Part shown: one piece after another, positions 25,401 to 36,848 of the stretch
Position numbering within the stretch: the first letter of the stretch is position 1
How the letters are laid out: every line of letters begins with the position of its first letter
From: Yuukianura sp. NJ FZ-2021
Lineage: Eukaryota
Direction of reading: 5' to 3'
DNA: 64,000 bases
Assembly: GCA_046563655.1 (NCBI GenBank)
Contig: CM102287.1
Coordinates: 8,494,001 to 8,558,000, forward strand
Made by a program: the position numbers and the translations under genes
Notes under the pieces: model-generated
The model's input: the letters and a program-made list of their open reading frames with translations, nothing else
What the model was told of the DNA's origin: nothing
Database searches by the model: none

Positions 25401-28400
25401 CTTACACTGGAGCGCAATGGACATAAAGGAAACGGAAAGAACTACGGGTAACCACAAATATTTTTGACTTTGAAAATTTTTTGTCCAAAAAATTGCGAAA
25501 ATTATCATTCTACATTTCAATTGCAGACAACTTCAAGCTGAACTTGGGACGCTGGCACAGCAAGTGGACGACTCAGCTTCAGAAATTGTTAAATCTACTG
25601 CAAATCCTCAAAAATTGGGACAATCGTGTTCACATTTTAGTTCAAAGGCGATTCAATTGCTTCAAACTGGAAGTCAACTGGCGTCTCTGCATGAAGATAC
25701 TCAAGCTCGAGAAGAAATTATTCTAACGCTGAAAAATACGTCAATCGTGAGTTCAAATCTGTTGGTTGTTGCGAAAGGATATTCCACAAATCCTGATACT
25801 CCTGGTGCCCGAAACCAGCTCAATGCTGCCGCCAGGTAAAAAAAAATCTTGGAGTAAATAGTAAGGTTTTGTCATTACACGAAGTTCTCATCTTGGTATG
25901 ATGTGTTTAGAGCTGTGAGCGAAAGTTTAAATCAATTGATTGACGCCTGTTCGTCAGCGGCGCCTGGACAGAAGGAATGTGACAACGCAGTTAGAAGGAT
26001 TCAAGGACTGAAGACGTTACTGGAAAATCCAAGCGAACCGTTGAACAACTACTCTTACTTTGATTGCCAGCAAGTTGTAGTTGACAAATCCAAACTTCTT
26101 GGTGAGAAAGCGACAATTTTTCGAATTTTTTCAAATGAAATTTGTTTTTGAAAGGAAATTGATTGCAATTTTGAATTGTAGGAGACAGCATGACTGGAAT
26201 TGCCAACCATGCAAAGGAAGGTCGACTGGATCAATTTGGACGGAGTGTCAATTTATCGGCGGATGCTATTTGTGGATTGATTGAAAGCTGTGCACAAGCT
26301 GCCTATCTTCTTGGAGCTTCTGATCCAACATCAGTTGCTGGTCGGCCAGGACTCATTGACATTTACACTGTGAATCAGTCTGCCCAACAAATCAAAACGG
26401 CGTGTCAAGCTCTGCAGGCTTCCAATCTGAAGCAACCCCAAGTTCTAAGTTCGGCAACACTAATTGCTCAGCACACTTCGGCTCTCTGTACAGCTTGTCG
26501 TACTGCCTCTGAGAGAACAAATGACGCCATTACGAAGAGACAGTTTGTTCAAATGGCAAAGGAAGTTGCAAATGCTACATCGACGCTTGTCAGGGAAATT
26601 AAATGTAATTAACTTACCTCAAAAGTTGTTTAGAAACGTTTTAGGAAGAATTTTACTAACGGTCGTGTTCTATTTCTTTTAGCATTGGATTCTGAAGCAG
26701 CGGATCAGCGTGAATCGGTGGTCATGCCAAGCAATGCACTCATCCGAGCAGTAAATAATCTCGTTCAGTATGCATCCTTGCCAGAATTTGCACCAGTTCC
26801 AGCCAAAATTAGCGCCAAGGGGAGACAAATGCAGGAACCAATTGTCAGTGCCGGAAGAAGTGCAATTCAAGGATCGTCTATGATGCTCCAGTCTGCCAAA
26901 TCCCTTGCAATCAATCCTAAGGACCCTCCTACTTGGCAACAATTGGCTCAGCACAGTAAGCAAGTTTCGGATTCCATCAAAAGACTTGTCACTGAGCTAA
27001 GGTACAAAAAAAAAACAAAATCGAATGTGTACAATTGGTGATTTGACGTTAGTTAAAACTGTGTCTCTTTTGTTTCACAGAGAGAAAGCACCAGGTCAGA
27101 AGGAATGTGAAACCAGTCTTCACAGAATTTCAGAACTCCTCAATCACCTCAATCAAGCGTCACTCTCAGCCGTTTCTCAGAGTTTGGTACCCAGGAAAGA
27201 CAACACGCTGCGTGGATTTGTAGAGAATGCTGAAAATTCCCTCAGAATGGCCGAAGACCATGTAGAACGATTAGGTAGAGCTGGACGTTCAGAAGCAGAA
27301 AATTTGGGACATGAAGTCAGTTCGCTAGTGGCCATCATGGAGTCTCTGGTTGCCAACATTCTTGGAGTATCTTCAAACATTATTCAGACGAAAGAGCAAG
27401 TCAATATTCTCGAGAGGTCAAAAACTGTCCTGGAAAGTGCTCACCAATTTATCATGGCAGCGAAGGAAACTGGCGGAAATCCAAAAGCAACTTCGCTCCA
27501 TCAAGAGCTGGAACTCAGCGCTCAGGTACTTGTTTTGAAATTTTAATTTTTCTAAAAAACTCATTTTCATTTCTTGTCAATTGTGTTGTGTAGTGCTTTC
27601 AAGAGGGGCTGGATGACTTGAAATCATCGCTGGAGAGAATATCATCTGGAGCCGGAGGCTTTGTTGGTTCAATTACAGAAACAATTGCTGCGTCAATGGT
27701 CAAGTTGGATCAACAAAATATGTTTGTCCCATCAACTCAAACGGAGAGTTACGTTGACTTTCAAACAAGGATGGTAAATTCGGCTAAGGAAATTGCTAAA
27801 TTGTCGCAGGTAAGTTTAACACAGGGATGACGTCTTATATAAAACAATGCATACGAGATTCATGGTAAACTAACTTTTGTTTTAACTTTTGCCAGGACAT
27901 GGTAGCCAAAGCGTCTGTGGATCCAACACAAATTCCTGGTCTATCGTCGGATGTGTCACGGCTATACATTCAGTTGGCAAATGATGCGAGAGGAGCTGTC
28001 GCTACCACGATTAGTCATGAAATTGGAGTACGGATTCGGGGAGGTGTGCAAGAACTGGGAAGAGCTCTTATTGATCTCGTCCGATGTGGTGGATCAGTCC
28101 AGTTCTCACCGAATGATACTTTTGCCCAGAGAGATTTGTCGGATGCAAACAGGTATAAAATTTGATTAAATCGTGAGAGCGAAAGTGAGGAAGGCTTATC
28201 TATCGTTTTTTTTTCTTTTTACAGAGCTGTCGCTGAAAAAGTTTCGGATATTTTGGCGGCCTTACAAGCTGGATCACGCGGGACGCAAGCTTGTATTAAC
28301 GCTGCTTCGACTGGTGAGTAATGAAATATTTATTTGCGTGGGTGAGGAAGGTGATAAGAATGTGAAATGCTCAAATCGGAATTACTTTTTCTAACTTTTT

Positions 28401-31400
28401 GATCTTACTCGAACAGTTTCTGGAATAATTGGAGACTTGGATACAACGATCATGTTTGCCACGGCTGGAACGCTGCATGCTGAAGGAGAAGAAACGTTTG
28501 GAGATCATAGAGAAAATATTATCAGGACTGCAAAAGCGCTTGTTGAGGACACGAAAACGCTTGTCACAGGTTAATTCAAACTCTGCTGTTAAAGTTTGAG
28601 AATTTGTATTTGATTTTGGTTGTCTTCCGTATTACTTTAGGTGCAGCGTCAACTCAGGAGCAATTGGCATTGGCCGCAAACAGTGCTGTTTCGACAATTG
28701 TTCAGCTGAGTGAAGCTGTGAAGTTTGGAGCTGCAAGTCTCGGTTCCAACAATCCAGAAAGTCAAGTGATGTTGATCAACTCGGTTCGTGATGTTGCTGG
28801 TTAGTTAATTTAAATGCCATTCACTTTTAAGTAAGTTCTGTTTGTGCAGAGTAAACGGTAATGGTTTTAGTTTCCTCAATCTTCGCGTTGTTAGTTGTTA
28901 AGCTTATTTGTGATACTAAAAGCGCTGAAAACAATAGCTTTCTTTTTCAATAACATTGGAATTTATTTGATTTTCAGGGGCTCTCTATGATTTGATTCAT
29001 TCAACGAAATCTGCTGCCGGTAAACCACCAAATGACCCGTCGATGCTTCAACTCAAAGAATCCGCCAAGGTAATTGTTAAAGTTACAACTATTTGTAAGT
29101 AAGTGGTACTGGCAGTTAAGATGGCGACTGCAAGAGTTGAGTGTGTCGAGTGTCTGGAAGGCGAAACCTGTCCCTGAGGAGTGTTGTTGATGTTGAGGGC
29201 AGGAGGACGATGATGAGGGCTGGGTCACATGCCCTTCTGACCAGGAAGAAGAGGCACTCATCAGGGAATTGGTTGCTGCTGGTGCTGCCGCCACGGCCTG
29301 AGCCAGTCACTGTGTAAAGCCTACGGACTCCACGACAGATCACGAACGAACGGAACTGCCAGAGCTTTTAAATTTTGAAAAAGGGGTCAGTGACCCTGGG
29401 CTATTTTTCTTCGCAATTTTCGAATTTATTAAAATTTCGACCATTTTTTGTTGAAAAGTAAATTTTATAAGTTAAAAATGTAGTTCAGAGATTAGGGAAG
29501 CTGACGCCAAATTTGGTTGTTGCGATTTCCAAAAATTAGTGACAGGTTAAGCGTAAAGGTAAGTCCCCATTTTTTGATTTTCTTCGTGTTTTGAGCACAA
29601 TTAAGAATGAAAACCCAAAATTATGTTGTAGTTGGCTAAAAACTTGTTTGTGGAGTCCGTATGGCCTCGCTCAACAGCTCATTGCAACGTTATTTGAAAC
29701 TTGTGATTTTGAACTAACTTTAAGTTTTGTGACATTTGTACACCCTGGTGTGAAGTATTCACTTTTTACGGTTTGGAAAGTAACAAAGTGTTTGAAATGT
29801 GTGACTTGATTTTACTAAAAGTTCGTTTTGAAGTGGACTTATCACACTAAATGTTACATTAATGCAAATTACGTAGCATGCGCTGGATTGTTTCAGCGAT
29901 TTTACAAATGTGGAGATACTTGACTAATGATGTTTTTGTATTTGCAGGTTATGGTGACCAATGTGACTTCTTTGCTGAAAACTGTCAAGTCAGTCGAAGA
30001 TGAACATACAAGAGGAACGCGGGCGCTGGAAGCTACAATTGAAGCTATCGCTCAAGAAATTCGGGTATTTTGAAACGTTTTCAACTTTTATTTGACAATG
30101 TTTCAAAATTTTGGAAAATAAATAATAACAATTACGTTTTTATGTTTAGGCCTTCGACTCGTCGGAAATTCCACGAGGACGTCCGATAACAGCCGAAGAG
30201 TTGGTTCGTGTAACAAAACCAGTGACAATTGCAACTGCTAAGGCCGTTGCTGCTGGATCCAGTTGTAGACAAGACGATGTAATTGTGGCTGCCAATATGG
30301 GTCGAAAAGTCATTTCGGATTTGCTGACTTCTTGCAAGTCGTCAGCGTACAGCGTCGACGGAGATTTACGAGAAAGACTTACTCATGCTGCGAGACAAGT
30401 TGCAGTTCACTACAGAGATCTTCTACAATTTGTGCTTCAATCGGTCAATCATCCTGGTAATGATGTCAAGCCACAACTTGCTCATTCTTCGAGGGAAATT
30501 GGTAAGTTTCATGCTAAAATTTACAATATGACACTTTGTTGGAAATTCGAAATTCACTTTTTCGTTTTCTATTTCTAGCTACTGCGGTGACAGAAATTGT
30601 TGCAGTGGGTCAACTAATGAAAGGTGAGGAACTACAAAGAGCAAATAACGATTTTAACCCTTTAGCATTTGAGGAGCCAGTTAATCGTGGTTTTGCAAAC
30701 AAAATTAATGATTAATTCAAGTTTTAACGTTAACCGAATTAATAAGGTTGTGAAGTTGACGTTAGATCTAACGTAATTTTGTAAAAAGCTTAATTTATCC
30801 AGTTTAAATTCGAGTTTGTTGGAAATATTTAATCGTAGGTTGTGTTTTCTTAGCAGGCCCTTGCATATTCCTCGCATATTGTCTCACCAAAATATTTGCT
30901 AATTTTGTTGTGTTGTTCTAAACAATTGCTAAACAATTTAGTACTGCAGAACCAAGTGTCGACGAATCCATTGCTTGGTCATTCACTTCGTGCACATTCC
31001 CAACAATCAGAGAAAGGTTCGTTTTCTCCACCTTTCCCAAATCCGCTTATTACGTGCATCTTATTCTCTACTGGCTTCAAAATGTGCTGCGAAATTGCTG
31101 TCTATGTCTTTCTATTCCTTGTTTTTTACCTAAACTGTTAATAACTCTGTCCAAAAAGTAGTTTTATAGCGAGCAATTAAGTTGAAATGCTATGCTGATC
31201 TTTGTTTTGCGTGAGTTCCTTTTGTAGAATAGTTTTTGAACATGTAACTGCATGACAAAAGTTCCGAATTCTTCTTGGTTTTGCGTTTCTGGAGGTTTAC
31301 TTGGTTTCAAATTCTTAATATTTTTTTAATTTCATCTAATTTCTTAACAATGAAAAAAACCATAGTTTTTAACCAATTTCTTAACCAAAGTTTGTGATTT

Positions 31401-33579
31401 TCTTTTTGCAGGAAGTCATTTTGAAGATCCTGATGATCCAACTGTCATGGCCGAGAATGAACTACTTAGAGCCGCCAATTCTGTAAGTCTGATGAAAGCA
31501 GGAGTTTTTAAAAGAAATTGCGGAAGTTCTGAGTTTATTAAACGAAAATTGTTATTTTGTTTCTAGATTGATGCTGCAGCGAAGAAGTTGGAGAAACTGC
31601 GACCAAGACGCTCTTCTGTAAAGGCAAGTTATTTTTTAATTTCACTTTTTTTTACGTTTGGTGCTAACTGGAATGCGGGGAAGATTCAACGCTCAATAGT
31701 TCACATCTCTGTAAGATATGTTTGATATTCTTGGTTGTGTAATTGAAATCAACCGGAAGTCAAACATATTAATACGGTGATGATGAGAAGTCTACGAATT
31801 GCAACAAGGATTACAGTAAAAGAACTCAAACTGAATTTATGAAATTTTGGATCCCAGGTTTTTCAAAAAATCATTCACATGGAATTAAAATTTGACACTT
31901 TTTTCAGGAAACGGACGAGTCACTAAATTTTGATGAAATGATTCTGGAAGCTGCCAAGTCAATTGCTGCTGCAACATCAGCGCTTGTAAAAGCGGCAAGT
32001 GCTGCTCAGAGAGAATTGGTTGACAGTGGACGTGTGAGTCGAAAGGTGACGACGGGTGACGGAGATGAAACTGGACAATGGGCTGAAGGACTCGTTTCAG
32101 CAGCACAAATGGTAAGTATTACAATTTACAAAGTGGTACTTGATATGATTGTTAACATAACTTTGACGCCGTGTAAACTTTGATTATCCCTAGGTTGCAG
32201 CCGCTACGCACAGCTTAGGTAAGCTTCTGCTCCGTTCAACAGAATAAAGTTTTGCAATTGTGTTCAAATGAGAAACTGGCAAATTAATTTTCGCTTTTCA
32301 GTGGAAGCGGCGAACCTCCTTGTTCAAGGGCACGCGACAGAAGAGAAACTAATTTCGGCTGCAAAACAAGTGGCCTCATCCACCGCTCAACTGTTGGTTG
32401 CATGTAAAGTCAAAGCATCTCCGGACAGCGATTCTACTCGAAGGCTTCAGGTCAGTGACTTCCGGAATTCATCAAAATTTTTGAATTTTGAAATTGAATT
32501 TCGTAATTTTTGTTAGGCTGCTGGTAACGCCGTGATTCGAGCAACAGACAACTTAGTCAAAGCGGCGAGACAAGCTCTATCGCATGAAGAGGAGCAGCAA
32601 CTTGTTCTTCATCAAAAGAAAGTTGGAAGTATTGCACAAGTTATTGACGCCAGAGCGGATGTTCTTCGAATAGAAAAACAATTGGAGGAAGCTCGGAAGC
32701 GATTAGCTGGAATTCATAAAGCCAAGTACCAAGATTCTCCTAGCGGTGGTGGTGCGGATGATGTCGATTACGAATTTGACGCTTCGCATCGATCTGAAAG
32801 TTCCAGGTAACTTTTGCACTGACAAATTTTAGAAAATTTTGAAATTGAAAATGTTTTGAAATTTTTGGTTAAACAGACTCGACACTCTTCTGGAATCCTC
32901 TGCCGAAAGAATCAACAGTACAACGAATTCGTTTAGTCTCATGAAACTTCAGCAATCTCCTCAAAACGGACAAACTCCAACTCCTAACGTCACCTCACCG
33001 CTGAAACCAGCAGTTTCGCCAAAACCAGGGTCAGCCGCTTGGGAGAAGCGGGTTTTGTCTTCCCCTTCCTCCGTTTACTCAACAACAGTCAGCACAACAG
33101 TATCTGACCCGGCGCTTCCAGTCCCACCACCAGGCACAATGTTGATTTCAGTCCCACCGGCTCCACCGCAGAGTAAATCTTTTCAGTCCTTTGCGACAAT
33201 CCCAGTTAGTGAAACTGGAGATACTCCAGGGTCAGTCACTGCCGCCAAGAAAATGTTCATGAAACCGTCCGAGTTCTTACCAACGTCACCCAAACCGAAA
33301 CCTAAGATTGGAGGAATCTCTCACGTTACGCCACCGACGACATCCTACTCTTCTACATCTTCTGTGAGACTTGGAGATGACAGGAAAGAGGAACTTGTTC
33401 AGTTCAGCTACGACAGTGGGCCAATTAAATCCGAACAAATAATCGAAACGACTTCGGCTGACGGAACAAATATTTCGTTGAAGAGGATTTTTCAGCAACA
33501 GGAAACAACTTCTACTTCTAAAGTGACTTCGACAAGAAAGATCTTCCAACAGAAACAGGAACAACATCATGAGGGTTAA
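19409..33579 (+). CDS. rhea: Talin: FERM head, 13 rod bundles, I/LWEQ actin-binding domain, dimerisation helix and a Pro/Ser/Thr-rich C-terminal extension; ~38 coding exons, ~2800 aa
   Basis: Starts MALSLRMQIMEKSVTKTLQFDPSTTVFDACKIIRDK. FERM motifs YGVTFFLVKEKMPGKNKLVPRLLGVTKDSV and RWAASPNTFTLDFGDY. Rod motifs APGQKECD, AGSRGTQACINAAS and VMVTNVTSLLKTVK. I/LWEQ ILEAAKSIAAATSALVKAASAAQREL...QWAEGLVSAA. Stop TAA at 33577-33579. Confidence 0.97.
29111..29564 (+). promoter_or_regulatory. Candidate internal promoter and alternative first exon inside talin intron 29070-29947
   Basis: GC-rich island in an unusually long intron. GCAGTT followed by YY1/Pho-like AAGATGGCG (29118). IR1 GGGTCAgTGACCC (29384-29396). 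Orphan consensus donor AAG|GTAAGT at 29559. The next exon has an in-frame ATG at 29951. Confidence 0.55.
30942..31016 (+). other. Candidate 75-nt symmetric cassette exon of talin (R12-R13 linker)
   Basis: tttag|TACTG...GAGAAAG|gttcgt. Phase 1-1, open frame (V)LQNQVSTNPLLGHSLRAHSQQSEK(G). Lies in a 787-nt intron with a downstream TGCATG (31249). Confidence 0.5.
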
Positions 33580-33840
33580 GAGGTAATGTAGTGACCTGGA
33601 CTAAGCATTACGTTTGTGTTGTTAAAGTTAGGTTTTTAACCTTAACGTCCTGCTGTAAAGTGTGAAGCTACAAAGTGTAAGCAATTAAAATCTAGACAAT
33701 CTCAAAGGAGTCATAAAAACCACCCTGGCACTTCTACTTAACTTAAATTCAGGAGTCACGAATGCTAGCCTAAGTTTTGTACGGTGGTGCTGGACATGGC
33801 AAACTTAACGAGATTGTTGCGTGATTAGTTAAAAAAGATT

Positions 33841-33970
33841 GGAAATTTGAAAATTTTAGAAATAGGAACACGGAGATTTTGAAATTTTAGAAATAAGAAC
33901 ATGGGAGATTTTTAAAAATTAAAAATAGGAAAATGGGAGATTCTGAAAATTTTAAAAATAGGAAAATGGG
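33841..33970. repeat. Minisatellite of ~32-bp units, 4 copies, in the talin 3' UTR region
   Basis: Unit ggagattttgaaattttagaaataggaa(c/a)atg, starting at 33841, 33872, 33904 and 33936. Confidence 0.85.
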
Positions 33971-34905
33971 AAACAAAATGAAATTTTAAACTTGAATTGC
34001 CTTGAGTTCCACAACTAAAAAACTAAATACACAAAGTGTTCCATCCTGTCGTCTGAGATTTGAAACCTAAGTTAAAAAGAGATGCCTTTGAGAAAGGAAC
34101 AGAAACTAATTAAGTTAATTAACTAATTAATTGATAATTAAATAATTAAAGACTAAGTATTAATAACGATGCACAAGCAAATGCAGGCAAGAGAACTTAA
34201 CCTTCTTATACTAAGCGTGAACTATTGTTACTAAAAACAGTTTTAACCTAACCCTGGAAGTTAATTTGTTAATTAAGGCTCTTAACTACCCAAGGTGTTA
34301 ATTAATTTAGGAAAGTACGCAAAGAACACTTACATTCGTGTAAGACTTGTTCAAGTTGTGCCATATAGAGCCATATCAACTGAAACGGACTCCACTGCAT
34401 TTGATGCACTCTGGGACCGACATGACATGCAATGAAGTTACTTCCGTTAGGTTAGCCTAACCTGCTTGGTTAGGCTAATAACCTAATTTAGGTTGCCTAA
34501 CCTAATAATATGTCTTCTGTCAAAGTGTTATTGAAGCAGGTGCTTTCTTCTCTCAACAAAATGCTCCTAACTTTCTCTTTCTTTCTCCACTCGTGTTAAA
34601 TAGTTCTATTAGAAATTAAATATGTTAGTTTAGTTAAAAGGTGACAAATGTATAAGAATTTAAGAACTTATTGAAAATCTGCCTTAGTTAGACTTGGCTA
34701 ATAACGTTAACTGAATGGACTGCTCTTGAAAAAACAATTGATTAGTGCCTAAATACCCAAGTTCAAAAGGAACGCAGTCTGTCTCTACAACAAACTATTG
34801 TCTTCATTCACTCTCCTCAAACTGAGAAAATTAAGTGTAAAAGTTATAACTATTATAACTACGAATATTAATTAATTACAAATGTTTAATTAAAGAGATT
34901 AAGAA

Positions 34906-34989
34906 AATTGCCTTGCAAAGAAAATTTTGACAGGCCTGTAAACCTAGGTTTAGAAAAACAGATTATTTATTCGTTACAAATAAAGGAAA
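34906..34989. repeat. Dispersed ~85-bp direct repeat, copy 1 (copy 2 at 35581-35664)
   Basis: Shared blocks aattgccttgcaaa, aattttgaca, gtaaac, aaacag, tttattcgttacaaat, aaggaaa. Confidence 0.8.
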
Positions 34990-35580
34990 AGAGCTTTCCG
35001 AAATTGCTTTTCCAAAATTTTGGTGAAACTTTGCGAAAATTGATGAATTTTAGTTGTATTTACAGATTTTATGAAGAACTTTTTACTTCGATTTTCTATA
35101 AGATGAGAAATATATAAGGTCCACGGCGTTTAAAAAAAATAATTAGTTTCGTATAAGTAAGAAGCAGGGGATGGAAATATTTTAAACTTCAGTCGGTACT
35201 TTAGACTATTCTGAATTAATTCGCGAAGAGATCAAATCTCTGGAGCGTTTCGTTCCAGAGATATGAATTTTCAAAATTTTTTGGTTTTTTGAATTTTCCA
35301 AGAAGGATTGCTATGAGAAGTTGATGAGAAACTGTCCGGAGCTATGCGGAGATCATACGGCTCAGAAAGGCTCCCTGCCTTCTCAACTTTTTCCCGCCGC
35401 TGCTGGCATTCCCATTCAAAATGAGTGAAGAACCTGATTCGCTCCGTTGATGTTGATGACCCTATCTTCCTTCTGCCAAATTCAAACTCAAGCTTTATGA
35501 TTTACGTATAAACGTTAGAAAACTTCAATAAATTGCAAATTGCAACGATTGATTGACGATTATGACTAAATTCTAATCAT

Positions 35581-35664
35581 AATTGCCTTGCAAAAATGAC
35601 AATTTTGACACGCAAGTAAACTTGAGAAGGGAAACAGTTTTTATTCGTTACAAATTCAAGGAAA
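35581..35664. repeat. Dispersed ~85-bp direct repeat, copy 2; contains the likely Tctex poly(A) signal
   Basis: Same blocks as 34906-34989. Minus-strand AATAAA at 35640-35645. Confidence 0.8.
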
Positions 35665-35846
35665 TGTTATTTTTAGCACTAAAACTATGTAGTTCTGTAA
35701 AAAGATTGACTTAAAAATTATAAATTTAACATCACAAATTGTGACATCACAATACTGACGTCCGAGAGCAACTGAAAATCGTCAACGTTAAGGTCACGAT
35801 ACTAGCACTTCTGGATCTGGTGACCTACTTAGTGTCATCCAATTCC

Positions 35847-36297
35847 TCAGTCGATGCAAACAGCATAAATAACGGCGTTACAAAGTATCGAACCCTGTAA
35901 AAATCAAAACAAAGTGTAAATACATATTTTTTAAATGTGCTATGCAACTAATGTCATCGTAGCATGTCATTACATTGCGGAATGTATACGAGGTCATCCT
36001 GTCAGTCTCTTGGTCCCAGAAGCACTGAGAGTCAGTGGCAACGGCAGTATCCTCGTCTGGTTTTGGTAAGCGAATAATGTTAACGTTGATGATCCGTTTA
36101 TACCGAGAAAGGTCCATCCTCTCCAGTTGAGTACCGATGTCCGTTAGAATACCATCAATCCAATCCGGTACTTTTCGAGGATCGTAGACTTGACCATTCA
36201 AATACTTGCGAAGAACTGTTTCAAGACAACGATATGCTACGGACGGGTCAAAGTAGCTCCCACAATCCGCTTCAATGTACTCTGACATGGAGCCCAT
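35847..36297 (-). CDS. Tctex-1 family dynein light chain (TCTEX1D-like)
   Basis: Exons 36297-35974 and 35894-35847. Sequence FDP..LETVLRKYLNGQVYD...DLSRYKRIINVNI...SQCFWDQETDRMTSYTFRNGSILCNAVIYAVCID* fits the Tctex-1 pattern (RYK, CxWDxxTD..Y.F.N). Confidence 0.85.
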
Positions 36298-36848
36298 CAA
36301 GTATCCGTCGGCATCTTCAGTATCAGCTGCTGTACTACTTTACATTTGACCCGGTTAAAGCTCCTCGGAGTGGCGGGTTTGTGTTTGTTTACATTTTCAT
36401 ATGCCGAATCAAACCGTAAAATTCATCTGAATCACTACACAATTACAAATTGTAAACTGTAAAGTCTGGAGCCGAGTAATCACGTTATTGTGAGTGAGGT
36501 GAACTGTCAATATCTCTTATTAATCAAATTGTCGTTTGTTTATCAGATTCAGACGTCGGTAGGTGATCTCATTACTCTCCAGTCTCCACCCTTAAAAAAT
36601 TGGCTCCAAAACGTCTCTGCCACTGGCACTGTTTGTTGAGTGTTGAAGCTTATTGAGGTGAGTGTGGAGTTTATAAATACAAAATCAGCTGTGAATAGTT
36701 CGAAGTAGAAAAACGTTTTTCTTTGTTTATTAGATACGATGCGACAGATACGGATAATCGGCGAGACGGATAAATACTGCTTGTAATTAGTGAGTGGAAG
36801 GAAGCGTTCGATTTGTATACCAGCGGTCGACGGCGACAGGCAACAATC

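Noticed and set aside
32194..32218. 25-nt talin microexon (VAAATHSL)
   Set aside because: Real but required for the reading frame and the conserved I/LWEQ sequence, so constitutive rather than alternative.
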